A stretch of DNA of 64,000 nt from Minisyncoccota bacterium. GTDB taxonomy: Bacteria > Patescibacteriota > Minisyncoccia > Phycocordibacterales > 21-14-all-36-13. This document shows, piece after piece, positions 25,905 through 35,472 of this stretch. Each line of letters opens with the position of its first letter. Within the stretch, counting starts at the first letter, position 1. A model generated the notes under the pieces. The model was not told the DNA's origin and did no database searches. It saw only the letters and a list, made by a program, of their open reading frames with translations. The stretch is from assembly GCA_041658885.1 (NCBI GenBank), contig JBAZZJ010000002.1:14649-78648 (forward strand). The letters run 5' to 3'. Made by a program: the position numbers and the translations under genes.

Positions 25905-26820
25905 GAAAACAAATAATTATCATACTCTTAATATGGACGCGACATTAATTTTTCTTCTTTGTATATTACCAGCAACGGTGTTGCTTGGTGCCTACGAAGT
26001 ACTCATTAAAAAACTATTAAATACAGGGATAAACGAGAGATTTCTGTTAAGTCTTATTTTTGGTTTCGCGGGCGTAATTATTTTAATAGTATCCTCAATT
26101 GTTGGATTTCCTGAGATTAAAGATGGGTTTTTGATTGCGTTTATTGGGACATCAGTTTTAAACACATTTGCTATGTGGTTTTGGTATAGAGCTATTCAAC
26201 AGGAAAATGTTTCAATAATATCTCCTATAAGATTGATTTCTTCACCTCTGATCCTTTTAACTTCTTTTTTTATTTTAGGAGAAAAACCAAACATTTGGGG
26301 AATTGCTGGAGTTTTTATAATAGTAGTCGGTTTGTGGTTATTGCTAGATACTAGAATAGAAATAAAGAAAGTTAGTTTCAAAAAAATAGCAAAGTATTCT
26401 GGTATTTGGTTTGCATTTCTTGGAGCAATTCTCTTTGCATTTTCGTTTCCCTTAGATAAACAAGCCGTTGTTTCGTCGTCGTCTCTTTTTTCAGCCTCTC
26501 TTGTATTCATTACTGTTTCAATATTAAATTTTATAATCGGATATATAACAAGCAAAAATAAAAACAAATTTTGTATAATTCCAAAATCGGTTGGTTTTTT
26601 ATTACCACTAATAATTTTAGTTTTTGCTGTTGGAAGCGTTTTAGCTCTTGAATCACTCAACTACTCTCTAGCCGGATACGCATCAAGTGTTAAAAGATTG
26701 TCTGTATTATGGGCAGTTATATTTAGTGGTGTTTTCTTGCAAGAAAGAAAATATGAAAAAAGAATAATGGCTACTATAATTATGTTGTTAGGTTTATTTC
26801 TTATGGTTTTCTTTGGGTAG
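25894..26820 (+). CDS. EamA/DMT family transporter
   Basis: About 10 hydrophobic helices in a two-fold EamA-like arrangement. The real start may be the ATG at 25933. Confidence 0.7.
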   Translation: MICKKTNNYHTLNMDATLIFLLCILPATVLLGAYEVLIKKLLNTGINERFLLSLIFGFAGVIILIVSSIVGFPEIKDGFLIAFIGTSVLNTFAMWFWYRAIQQENVSIISPIRLISSPLILLTSFFILGEKPNIWGIAGVFIIVVGLWLLLDTRIEIKKVSFKKIAKYSGIWFAFLGAILFAFSFPLDKQAVVSSSSLFSASLVFITVSILNFIIGYITSKNKNKFCIIPKSVGFLLPLIILVFAVGSVLALESLNYSLAGYASSVKRLSVLWAVIFSGVFLQERKYEKRIMATIIMLLGLFLMVFFG

Positions 26821-26836
26821 ACCAAATTCTTAGAAT

Positions 26837-27932
26837 AGTCATGCACATTTCGGACACGAAAAAGGTATAGAATATTATTATTAAATAATTAAACCTCGTG
26901 TCATCATGTGAAATATCAAATATATACAACATTTCAAAAGAAAAACATTATTAATCAAGTAGAATCATCAAAGGACAAGAAAAGAGAATTAATCAAGTTA
27001 AATATATCAAGAAGTACATATTATGAATGGAAAAACAATAATGGAGAAACAAAAAGCAAAGCTCCAAACACAGTATGGAACAAGACTCCACAGAGTATTG
27101 AACAAACAATAGAAGAATATCGTTTGAGTGGAGAAAAAACAAAGAACTCTCCTATGAGAATAGTAGAGAACTTGGAAGAAAGAGAGGGATATGTAATGAG
27201 TGAATCAGGAGTTAGGTCAGTATTGAAAAGAAAGAAGTTAAATTCATTAATCAGAGTAAAAAAAAGATACTATCATATTAGACCAAAAGCGGAGAAGTTT
27301 CTTGATGTTGTATGTTTTGATGATGTTGAGTTCACAAGAAGTAAACCAAGAGATACATATATACTTAATTTTATTGATGAATCATCATATTTAGACTTAA
27401 AATCAATAGTTTTAGAACATAGAATAAACAGATGCGATATTACTAAAGGATTAAAGATCATTAAAAAGAAATATGGTAGATATCCTAAAACAGTTCGTTG
27501 TGATAATGCACAAGCACACAAGAGTATTTTGTTAAGAACATTTTGTTTAAAAAATAATATTAAGATAGATTACATAACAAGTGGATGTCCTGAGGAGAAC
27601 TGGCCCGTGGAATCATTTCACAGAAATCTTAATCAAGATATTATCTATCAGAATGGATTTAGAGATATTAAAGAATGGCAGAGAGTTATTGATAATTACA
27701 CAGAATTTCATAATAAACAAAAAAGATTAAGGTTTGATCCAATACAGAGAACTCCACATGAAATTGCCTTTGCCTATACAACCAAACTCACGCAATTTAG
27801 ATTAAAAACCAAGCTTCAGAGAAAATTACACGGACAAACCTCTGTACAGAAATGGGTGGATAAGAAAATTTTAAGTGATTATCAAAATGTTATTAGTTTA
27901 AGCCATATACCGTGTCCGAAATGTGCATGACT
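26837..27932 (+). mobile_element. insertion sequence with one DDE (rve/integrase-type) transposase, IS481/IS3-like
   Basis: Perfect 22-bp terminal inverted repeats AGTCATGCACATTTCGGACACG (26837-26858) and CGTGTCCGAAATGTGCATGACT (27911-27932). The right repeat encodes the transposase C-terminus. No clear target duplication seen. Confidence 0.8.
26908..27930 (+). CDS. DDE transposase (integrase core domain), GTG start
   Basis: N-terminal HTH-like region, VVCFDDVEF, NFIDESSY, VRCDNAQAHKS and NWPVESFHRNLNQD (D, D, 35-residue spacing, E). Confidence 0.8.
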   Translation: MKYQIYTTFQKKNIINQVESSKDKKRELIKLNISRSTYYEWKNNNGETKSKAPNTVWNKTPQSIEQTIEEYRLSGEKTKNSPMRIVENLEEREGYVMSESGVRSVLKRKKLNSLIRVKKRYYHIRPKAEKFLDVVCFDDVEFTRSKPRDTYILNFIDESSYLDLKSIVLEHRINRCDITKGLKIIKKKYGRYPKTVRCDNAQAHKSILLRTFCLKNNIKIDYITSGCPEENWPVESFHRNLNQDIIYQNGFRDIKEWQRVIDNYTEFHNKQKRLRFDPIQRTPHEIAFAYTTKLTQFRLKTKLQRKLHGQTSVQKWVDKKILSDYQNVISLSHIPCPKCA

Positions 27933-28017
27933 TAACTATCAGTTGACAAACACATAAATACCTGTATTATATATGACGAAACGTAGTTCTTAAACAAATT
28001 GAGGAGGACAACAAAAA

Positions 28018-28332
28018 ATGTCGTATTCAACTGCTTTAGAGGAATTAAGGGATAAAGTAGAAGATAAGATGGTAAAAAGACTATCTTTGTCTGAAAAACA
28101 AAAACAGCAATTATACCCGTGTTTTCAGAATATGTTTTCTTATTTTCCAATTAAATTCGAAAACTTTAGTTCCTTCAAATTTTCAAAAGTTGTGGAAGAT
28201 TCAATAAATATGTTGGATCTCTCCAAACAACAGAAAAGTGCTTTGGGTCATGTTGTAGCAGAGATTGTAGAAATAACAGAAAGTTATTTAAAACAAGCTC
28301 AGACAATGATGTCACTTGTCAACATGATGTAG
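28018..28332 (+). CDS. hypothetical protein (104 aa)
   Basis: GAGGAGG upstream of the ATG and a terminator downstream. Confidence 0.5.
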   Translation: MSYSTALEELRDKVEDKMVKRLSLSEKQKQQLYPCFQNMFSYFPIKFENFSSFKFSKVVEDSINMLDLSKQQKSALGHVVAEIVEITESYLKQAQTMMSLVNMM

Positions 28333-28344
28333 CTATTTCTTTTT

Positions 28345-28372
28345 AAAAACCAGCATAAAAGCTGGTTTTTTT
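28345..28372 (+). terminator. intrinsic terminator
   Basis: AAAACCAGC-ataaaa-GCTGGTTTT followed by a T-run. Confidence 0.75.
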
Positions 28373-28459
28373 ATTATTAGACCATCTTGATTTTTATTTT
28401 GGAAAGGAGTAGTGTCTATTTAGATAATAATTCTTTGAATAATATAAAGGAGGTGTCTA

Positions 28460-29299
28460 ATGACACATAAAACCAAAATAATTGTTGAAATTGCTTCTAG
28501 TCATAATGGAGACATTGAACTTGCAAAGGCAATGGTTAAAACGGCTTCATTTTGTGGGGCTGATATTGTTAAGTTTCAGTCATGGCAAGCAAAAAATGTA
28601 TCTTTAAATGACCCAGACAGAAAGAGATATGAGCATCTTGAATTAAGTGATGAAGATCATTTTATTCTTATGGAAGAATGCCGAAAATGTGGAGTTGAAT
28701 TTTTAACTACATGTTTTGATATTGGTAGAATTCCTTTTTTGAAAAGTTTGGGACTTAAAAGAATAAAAGTTCCCAGCGTTTCTCTTAAGGAAACAAAACT
28801 TCTTTCAGAGCTCGGTAAGAATTTTGACCATGTAATTGTTTCTTCAGGTATGAGTACTGCCGAAGAAATAAAAAATGCCGTAAAAACACTTTCTTTTGTA
28901 GATTTTACAATTATGCATTGTGTTGCGATTTATCCAACACCACTGCATAAGGCTAATTTAGAAAAAATAAATTGGCTGAAGAAATTTGTTCCGTCAGTTG
29001 GTTACTCTGACCACACTCTTGGCACAGAGGTTCCAATTGTTGCGATGAGTATGGGAATTGATTTTCTCGAAAAGCATTTTACATTGAGTAGACATCTCCC
29101 ACAGGAAACTCATACAACAGCTGTTGGTGGTAAGCAAATAACTACCCATCAAATTGCTGCTGAGCCACACGAGATTTTTGAGATCTGCCAGTGGAGAGAT
29201 TTTATTGAAAAAACAAAAGGAAATCTCCGATTAAAAATGTATTCTGACGAAATCAAAACTCGTAAAAAATATACCGGTCGTCTAGGGAACAACAAATAA
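28460..29299 (+). CDS. neuB: N-acetylneuraminate (nonulosonate) synthase family protein, short form without the C-terminal SAF domain
   Basis: IIVEIASSHNGDIELAKAMVKTASFCGADIVKFQ, GYSDHTLG. AAGGAGG upstream. Confidence 0.8.
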   Translation: MTHKTKIIVEIASSHNGDIELAKAMVKTASFCGADIVKFQSWQAKNVSLNDPDRKRYEHLELSDEDHFILMEECRKCGVEFLTTCFDIGRIPFLKSLGLKRIKVPSVSLKETKLLSELGKNFDHVIVSSGMSTAEEIKNAVKTLSFVDFTIMHCVAIYPTPLHKANLEKINWLKKFVPSVGYSDHTLGTEVPIVAMSMGIDFLEKHFTLSRHLPQETHTTAVGGKQITTHQIAAEPHEIFEICQWRDFIEKTKGNLRLKMYSDEIKTRKKYTGRLGNNK

Positions 29300-29305
29300 T
29301 TTCCG

Positions 29306-29332
29306 CCGCACTTTAAAAAGTGCGGTGTTTTT
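29306..29332 (+). terminator. intrinsic terminator
   Basis: CCGCAC-tttaaaaa-GTGCGG followed by TGTTTTT. Confidence 0.65.
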
Positions 29333-29336
29333 ATTG

Positions 29337-29365
29337 TTGAAATATAGTCAAAAATATGTAAAAAT
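29337..29365 (+). promoter_or_regulatory. candidate promoter of neuA (paralogous to the one at 24695)
   Basis: TTGAAA, 16 nt, TAAAAAT. Confidence 0.45.
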
Positions 29366-29380
29366 GGCTAATAAGATTTT

Positions 29381-30103
29381 ATGACAAAGATCCCAAAATA
29401 TAATATTTTAGCCGTTATAACGGCAAGGGGTGGCTCAAAGGGCATACCTAGAAAGAACATAATTAAATTTATAGGCAAACCACTTTTAGCCCACGTTCTT
29501 CAAAAAGCTCTAAAAAGTAAATATATAACAAGAGTTGTTGTTTCATCAGAGGATAATGAAATTCTATCTGTCGCAAAAAAATATGGAGGTAAAGAAGTTA
29601 TTTTAAAAAGACCAGAAGAATTAGCTAGAGATAACTCATTATCTCTGCCAGTTGTTCAACATGCAGTAAAAGAAGTTGAAAAGAAAGATAAGGTAAAATT
29701 TGATTTTATAATTTTACTTCAGCCAACGACACCGCTTATGACAATAGAAGATATTGATAATGCAATTGAAAAATTAATAAAAACAAAGGCAGATACGGTT
29801 GTTAGCGTGTGTGAAATAAACGATGCCCACCCAATTAAGATTAAAAAAATAGTTAATGACAAACTTGTTCAGTATGTTGATTCTATGAAAGAAAATATTT
29901 TTAGAAGACAAGATATGCCGAAGGCATATAAAAGGAATGGTGGAATTTATGCAAACAAAAGAAATGTTGTTATGAAAGAAAATTCTTTGTACGGAATAGA
30001 AAAAGATTGCAGGGCATATATTATGCCAAGAGAAAGGTCTATAGATATAAATTCAATAGAAGATCTTTATTTGGCTGAAATTATTTATAAAAAATATTCT
30101 TAA
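29381..30103 (+). CDS. neuA: acylneuraminate (CMP-nonulosonate) cytidylyltransferase
   Basis: ILAVITARGGSKGIPRKNI, LLQPTTPL and YKRNGGIY. Confidence 0.9.
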   Translation: MTKIPKYNILAVITARGGSKGIPRKNIIKFIGKPLLAHVLQKALKSKYITRVVVSSEDNEILSVAKKYGGKEVILKRPEELARDNSLSLPVVQHAVKEVEKKDKVKFDFIILLQPTTPLMTIEDIDNAIEKLIKTKADTVVSVCEINDAHPIKIKKIVNDKLVQYVDSMKENIFRRQDMPKAYKRNGGIYANKRNVVMKENSLYGIEKDCRAYIMPRERSIDINSIEDLYLAEIIYKKYS

Positions 30104-30147
30104 TAACAAAAAGAAGTAACTTGTGAATTTGTTTTTAATTGTTTTAT

Positions 30148-30588
30148 ATGGCAATAACAAAGATACATAAAGCAAACGGTAAACATTTTGAGTTTGAGAC
30201 TCATATAAATGAGTTCTTAATTTCTAGAGAAAAAACTAAATCTTCAGAGACATTTTTAGTAATTATAAAACCGGATAAATACACCCATATGCATATTCAC
30301 CCCGATGTCGAACAGACCTTTTACATTATCAGCGGGAAAGGCATAGTCTGGACTAAAAAGAGTGTTAGTGGTAAGCTAAAAAAAGCTTGTTCCATAAAAA
30401 CAGGGGACTTGGTGTTTATTCCTTTAAACAACTGGCATCAAATAAAGTCAGTTGAAAAATCAAGACTGGAATATATTTGCTTTAATTCTTTTCCGAAGGG
30501 TTTTCTGCCAGGTGAAAAAACCGCTCTGTCTCACGCTAAGAATATTAAAAAAGCACTGATAAAGAAAAAAATGAAAAATGAGAAATAA
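30148..30588 (+). CDS. cupin domain protein
   Basis: HMHIHPDVEQTFYIISGKG ... FIPLNNWHQIKS. ATG at 30148 preferred to the TTG at 30139. Confidence 0.7.
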   Translation: MAITKIHKANGKHFEFETHINEFLISREKTKSSETFLVIIKPDKYTHMHIHPDVEQTFYIISGKGIVWTKKSVSGKLKKACSIKTGDLVFIPLNNWHQIKSVEKSRLEYICFNSFPKGFLPGEKTALSHAKNIKKALIKKKMKNEK

Positions 30589-31762
30589 AAAATACATCAT
30601 ATTAAATTTTACGCACGGAAATGCTCCTTATTTGAGAACGACGGAGTTGGCTCTGGCGGTCAATGATTTACTCGAAGAGGCGGGTTTTAATAGATTAGGA
30701 ATTATAGTTCCTTGGGTTTATAAGACCAGACAGATATCCATAATGAAAGATAATTTTGGCAAGGTTATAAAAAAGAAACGCGGGGAGATATTATTAGATA
30801 AAAATATTGGGGAATATCTCAACTCCGTTTTTTATGGCGAAGAAACTTTTGAAAAATCTTTGGAGAATCTTATTGAAAAACACAAAGATGTAAATAAAAA
30901 AATAGAGGATTATTTTTCAGAAGGATTAAAAACAGAAGATTTTTTTGGTAATGAAGTAGTTGTTAATAGAGAAGATATTATTATGGAAATCAATCGTTGT
31001 CCAGTAGTTAGTTTTGGAATAAAACCCTCTTATTACACAAGTTTTGCATACATGTCAGAAATTCTTGAAAATTCGTTAGGCAAGACTGATATTATTAACA
31101 TTCAAGAAAATCTACTAAGAAAATCAGCAGACTATTATTTCGAATTGGAGAAAAAACAAGATTTACGTTTTATAGCTGAACCGGGAACATTTTATTATTT
31201 AAATAAAAAAGAAAAGCACAAATCGCAATTTTATACTCCTCCGAACACAAGACAAATTCCTAGAACCCCCTTTTTTAGTTTTTTTAGAAAAGGGATTTAT
31301 GTAAATGTGACAGGCATAGTCGGTTTTAATAAACATCTTTTTGAAGAGACCAATAGTTTTGGATTAAAAATATATACTAACAAACCGGGACTAATATTTT
31401 CTGGTAAAAAAGCAAAACCGGATGTTATTTCGAGTAAAAATATAGTTTTTCACTATGCCAGAGCGGGATGGGGTTCTATATGGCTCTCGTATTTCACCAA
31501 AACGCCTTTTATTGCAATGCCATATAATCCAGATGATGATCCGGAGATTTACTTCAACAATATTTGCATTGAAAAAATTGGTTTAGGAAAAATCTATACA
31601 GGACAACCAATAGGTGAATTATTAAAATTTGCGGAAGAATATAAAAATAATGTAGAATTAATAAATAATCAATTACTTAATAAATATGGGACCCTTGATG
31701 GAGTAGGATACACCGCAAGACATATAGTAGAGCATTTTTTGAGTAGTAACAAATTGTCTTAA
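30578..31762 (+). CDS. hypothetical protein, possibly a divergent GT-B (GT28/MurG-like C-terminal half) transferase
   Basis: FHYARAGWGSIWLSYFTKTPFIAMPY...NNICIEKIGLG weakly recalls the GT28 C-terminal domain. Context is directly downstream of neuA. Confidence 0.3.
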   Translation: MRNKKYIILNFTHGNAPYLRTTELALAVNDLLEEAGFNRLGIIVPWVYKTRQISIMKDNFGKVIKKKRGEILLDKNIGEYLNSVFYGEETFEKSLENLIEKHKDVNKKIEDYFSEGLKTEDFFGNEVVVNREDIIMEINRCPVVSFGIKPSYYTSFAYMSEILENSLGKTDIINIQENLLRKSADYYFELEKKQDLRFIAEPGTFYYLNKKEKHKSQFYTPPNTRQIPRTPFFSFFRKGIYVNVTGIVGFNKHLFEETNSFGLKIYTNKPGLIFSGKKAKPDVISSKNIVFHYARAGWGSIWLSYFTKTPFIAMPYNPDDDPEIYFNNICIEKIGLGKIYTGQPIGELLKFAEEYKNNVELINNQLLNKYGTLDGVGYTARHIVEHFLSSNKLS

Positions 31763-31772
31763 ATACAAAACA

Positions 31773-34007
31773 ATGAATTTAAATAAAATATTAAAATATA
31801 TTATAAACACAGGAGTATTTTTAGTGCCGTTTATACCCCTTGTTGTGACTGGTTCATTATTTTTTCCATTTATCTCTGGGAAAAATTTTTTGTTTAGAAT
31901 CATTGTAGAAATAATATTTGGAGCATGGGCAATTCTCGCCATAAAAAACAGGGAATACAGGCCAAAACATTCTTGGATTCTCTGGTCTGTTTTTGGCTTC
32001 GTGGGAATAATTGGTGTAGCAGATTTGTTTGGAGTTAATGTGATGAAAAGTTTTTGGAGTAATTTTGAAAGAATGGAGGGGTGGATAACTTTAATTCATT
32101 TGCTCGGATATTTTTTGGTTGTTAGTACAATTCTTAACACACAAAAACTCTGGAATAGATTTTTTAATACATCTATATGTGTGAGCATAATAGTTGGTTT
32201 TTACGGGATTCTACAACTTCTTGGAGTTCTTACGATAAATCAAGGAGGAGTTCGTCTTGATTCAACGTTTGGAAATGCAACGTATCTCGCTATATACATG
32301 GTCTTTAATATTTTTCTAGTAATGATGTTTCTTTTTAGAAGATTGAACGATAGATATAAAAACGGGGGAAAGATTGTTGCGTTTAATTGGCCAGATTTGT
32401 TTTATATATTTGCAATATTAATTCAAGTTTTTATTTTATATCATACAGCAACAAGGGGAGCGATACTTGGTTTAATAGGAGGTTTAATTATTACTTTTGT
32501 GTTGTTAATAATATTTGACGAAAAGGGAGGAATTCTTAGAAAAATTTCTAAATATAAACTCATTGCACTTTTTGTTTTGATTCTAGTATTTTTTGCTATA
32601 AAAAATACAGACATAATTAAAAATAGTCCGTCTCTATCAAGAATTGCATCAATTTCAATTGATGAGGCAACGACGGCTCGTTTTCCAGTTTGGAATATGG
32701 CGCTGAAAGGTTTTCAAGAAAGACCAATTTTAGGCTGGGGACAAGAGAATTTCAATTATGTCTTCAATAAGAATTATGAACCAAAAATGTATAGCCAAGA
32801 GCAGTGGTTTGATAGGGCACATAATATTGTAATGGATTGGCTTGTTGCAGGCGGGATTCTTGGTTTGTTGTCTTATCTGTCGCTTTTCTTTTTTGGATTA
32901 TTTTGTTTGTGGAAGAAAGAGAGAATTGAAAATAACAATGAAATTTCAAAAAACAATTTTTCTTTGTCTGACAAGGCAATTTTGACCGGATTACTTGCTG
33001 GGTACTTTTTTAGCAACCTTTTTGTTTTTGATAACATAACGAGTTACATTTTATTTTTTTCTGTCCTCTCTTTCATATATGTTTTTAGTTTTAATAAAAA
33101 AATTGAACGAGACAAACCTATAAACGTTCATAATGATTGGCTAAAAAATGTAGCAGTTGCATTTGTGACCATTTTAACGATTGGTTCAATTTACTTTTTT
33201 AATGCAAACGGGATCATGACTGGTAGATCTTTAATAGATGCACTTAAAAACAGGAATAATCCAGAATTAAGTTTAGAAAGTTTTAACAAAGCTTTTTCTT
33301 ATGGTTATCTTGGAAAAACTGAAGCGAGAGAACAAATTGTTCAAACCTCTGCTTCTATGGCAGATGTAAATATAGATTTGAATGTAAAACAAAAGTTTTT
33401 TGATTTAGCAAATTCAGAAATGTTGGAACAGATAAAAGAAGACCAAGAAAATGCTAGGCATGAAGTATTCTTAGCCACATTTTTAAATAGATACAGATTT
33501 TATGATAATGCTATTCCTCATTTTGAAAGGGCGCTTGAACTTTCTCCAAACAAACAGTCAACAATGTTTGAGTTAGGTGCAAGTTATTTAAATAAAGGAG
33601 AAAAAGTAAAAGCTTTAAAATTGTTGAAAAAAGCTTTTGAATCCGATGAAAGTTACTTAGATGCAAGAAAAATATATGCGGTTGGTGCGATTTATAACAA
33701 TAACGAAAAATTACTTGAAGAACTTTTGATACCTACTTATGGCACAGTTCTTGTTCCAGACGACATAATAATTAAGGCTTATTTTGATACAAACCAATTT
33801 GAAAAAGTAATCACAATAGAAAAAGAAAATATTAAAAAAGATCCTGGGAATATTCAGAATAGGTTATATTTAGTATCTTCTTATTTAAAACAGGGAAGAA
33901 CGAGTGATGCCATAAAAGAAGTTGAAAAAGCAATACAAGATATTCCCGCATTCAAAACGCAAGGAGAATCAGTGATTAAAGATATAAAAAACGGCTTATA
34001 TAAATAA
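31773..34007 (+). CDS. O-antigen ligase/polymerase-like (Wzy_C) membrane protein with C-terminal TPR repeats
   Basis: Multiple TM helices, LYHTATRGAILGLIGGL, DRAHNIVMDWLVAGGILG, then TPR-like repeats in the last about 250 aa. Confidence 0.75.
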   Translation: MNLNKILKYIINTGVFLVPFIPLVVTGSLFFPFISGKNFLFRIIVEIIFGAWAILAIKNREYRPKHSWILWSVFGFVGIIGVADLFGVNVMKSFWSNFERMEGWITLIHLLGYFLVVSTILNTQKLWNRFFNTSICVSIIVGFYGILQLLGVLTINQGGVRLDSTFGNATYLAIYMVFNIFLVMMFLFRRLNDRYKNGGKIVAFNWPDLFYIFAILIQVFILYHTATRGAILGLIGGLIITFVLLIIFDEKGGILRKISKYKLIALFVLILVFFAIKNTDIIKNSPSLSRIASISIDEATTARFPVWNMALKGFQERPILGWGQENFNYVFNKNYEPKMYSQEQWFDRAHNIVMDWLVAGGILGLLSYLSLFFFGLFCLWKKERIENNNEISKNNFSLSDKAILTGLLAGYFFSNLFVFDNITSYILFFSVLSFIYVFSFNKKIERDKPINVHNDWLKNVAVAFVTILTIGSIYFFNANGIMTGRSLIDALKNRNNPELSLESFNKAFSYGYLGKTEAREQIVQTSASMADVNIDLNVKQKFFDLANSEMLEQIKEDQENARHEVFLATFLNRYRFYDNAIPHFERALELSPNKQSTMFELGASYLNKGEKVKALKLLKKAFESDESYLDARKIYAVGAIYNNNEKLLEELLIPTYGTVLVPDDIIIKAYFDTNQFEKVITIEKENIKKDPGNIQNRLYLVSSYLKQGRTSDAIKEVEKAIQDIPAFKTQGESVIKDIKNGLYK

Positions 34008-34010
34008 TTC

Positions 34011-34964
34011 ATGCACGATTTAAAAGGTAAAAAAATAGTTGTAACTGGCGGGGCTGGATTTATAGGCTCAAATATAGTTGAAGAACTTCTTGATAGGGAG
34101 GCGGATGTTATTGTTATTGATAATTTAAGTACTGGGCGAATTGAAAACATAAAACCATTTTTAGATAAAATAACTTTTATTGAAAAATCTATAACAGATT
34201 TAGACATGCTCTTGGAAGAATTTAAGAATGTTGATTATGTTCTTCATCAAGCCGCAATCCCCTCAATACCGAGAAGTATAGAAGACCCAATAGGAACAAA
34301 TAATGCAAACATAAACGGAACACTGAACGTTTTTTATGCAGCACATAAAACTGGAGTCAAAAGAGTTATATATGCATGTTCTAGTTCTACATACGGCGAT
34401 GTGGAGAAAATGCCAGTTCATGAAAACATGCCACTCAATCCAATATCACCTTACGCGGTTCAAAAAACAGTTAAGGAAATGTATGGAAAATTGTTTCATA
34501 GAATTTATGGTTTAGATACAATCGGTTTGAAATATTTTAATGTGTTTGGTCCTAAACAAGATCCAAATTCTAAATATTCCGCGGTTATCCCCATTTTTAT
34601 TAAAAGTATTTTAAAAGACGAAAGGCCAACTATAAACGGAGACGGAACAACGACAAGAGATTTCACCTATGTTAAAAATGTTGTGAACGCAAATTTGTTA
34701 GCATGTTTAGCGCCGGAAATAGGGGGCCATGTTTTCAATGTTTCCTCTGGAAAAAAAGTTTCAATTAATGAATTGGTTCAAAAAATAAATGAAATATTAA
34801 AAAAAGATATAAAACCGGAATATATTGATTTTAGAAAAGGTGACATATTACATAGTTATGCAAACATAAGTAAGGCACAAAAAATGTTGAATTATAGTGT
34901 TGAAGTTGATTTTGATGAAGGTTTAAGAAGGGTTATTGAGCACTATATTAAGGAACTGGGTTAA
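34011..34964 (+). CDS. NAD-dependent nucleotide-sugar epimerase (WbpP/TviC-like SDR)
   Basis: VTGGAGFIGSN, catalytic SPYAVQK (YxxxK) and TTRDFTYVKNVVNAN. Confidence 0.85.
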   Translation: MHDLKGKKIVVTGGAGFIGSNIVEELLDREADVIVIDNLSTGRIENIKPFLDKITFIEKSITDLDMLLEEFKNVDYVLHQAAIPSIPRSIEDPIGTNNANINGTLNVFYAAHKTGVKRVIYACSSSTYGDVEKMPVHENMPLNPISPYAVQKTVKEMYGKLFHRIYGLDTIGLKYFNVFGPKQDPNSKYSAVIPIFIKSILKDERPTINGDGTTTRDFTYVKNVVNANLLACLAPEIGGHVFNVSSGKKVSINELVQKINEILKKDIKPEYIDFRKGDILHSYANISKAQKMLNYSVEVDFDEGLRRVIEHYIKELG

Positions 34965-34993
34965 CTTCAAAAGCTCAAAATAAGCTTTTGAAG
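34965..34993 (+). terminator. hairpin at the end of the glycan locus (no T-run)
   Basis: CTTCAAAAGCT-caaaata-AGCTTTTGAAG, an 11-bp perfect stem. Confidence 0.45.
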
Positions 34994-35022
34994 ATGGGTG
35001 CTTGATTTTTAATCCGTTTCCC

Positions 35023-35050
35023 TTGATTTTGTTTTTAGTTGTGATATACT
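35023..35050 (+). promoter_or_regulatory. candidate extended -10 promoter
   Basis: TTGATT, 16 nt, TGaTATACT. Confidence 0.45.
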
Positions 35051-35056
35051 GCATTG

Positions 35057-35125
35057 TAATGTGAGTGCGTAAATACGCGCGCTTCCAAACAAAGTTCGCA
35101 CTGAACCCCGCTTCGCGGGGTTTTG
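35057..35125 (+). ncRNA. candidate small RNA 1 (about 70 nt)
   Basis: Lies between the promoter at 35023-35050 and the terminator CCCCGCTTCGCGGGG-TTTT (35106-35124). Has internal AGTGCG/CGCACT pairing. Confidence 0.3.
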
Positions 35126-35131
35126 TGTTTA

Positions 35132-35260
35132 CCCCGTTAGAAGTTTTGTACTAAATACGGTTAAAAAATATACGGAGCCGTAAGACCCGCCAAGAGCGGA
35201 CAGGCGAATTCTATCTCAAATATTATTAAAGTGTTTGTTCTAAAGGAACTTCTAATGGGG
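35132..35260. repeat. inverted-repeat element, family C copy 1 (CCCGTTAGAAG type)
   Basis: CCCCGTTAGAAGTT ... AACTTCTAATGGGG termini. The interior contains a GAGCCGTAAG...GGCGAATTC block related to the other copies. Confidence 0.7.
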
Positions 35261-35265
35261 TTTCC

Positions 35266-35299
35266 CAAAAAATAAGAAGCGAAGAGACTATATTTTTTG
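35266..35299. repeat. short hairpin, family E (CAAAAAATA ... TATTTTTTG with a GAAGCGAAGAGA loop)
   Basis: Read directly. Relatives occur at 35413-35445 and 36210-36252. Confidence 0.55.
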
Positions 35300-35300
35300 A

Positions 35301-35412
35301 GGACCCAGCTCTACTTTTGTAGCTTATGTACATATTAAATTATTAAACACAAGAAAGTTAACTTAATTTGAAAATATATTTAGAATCGGAAACAAAAATA
35401 GGGCTGGGTTCC
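35301..35412. repeat. inverted-repeat element, family D copy 2
   Basis: GGACCCAGCTCTACTTTTGTAG ... AACAAAAATAGGGCTGGGTTCC (imperfect). Confidence 0.6.
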
Positions 35413-35472
35413 GATAAGAAGCGAAGCGACTATATTTTTGTTTTTCTTTTTTATGCATGATATATTGTATTC

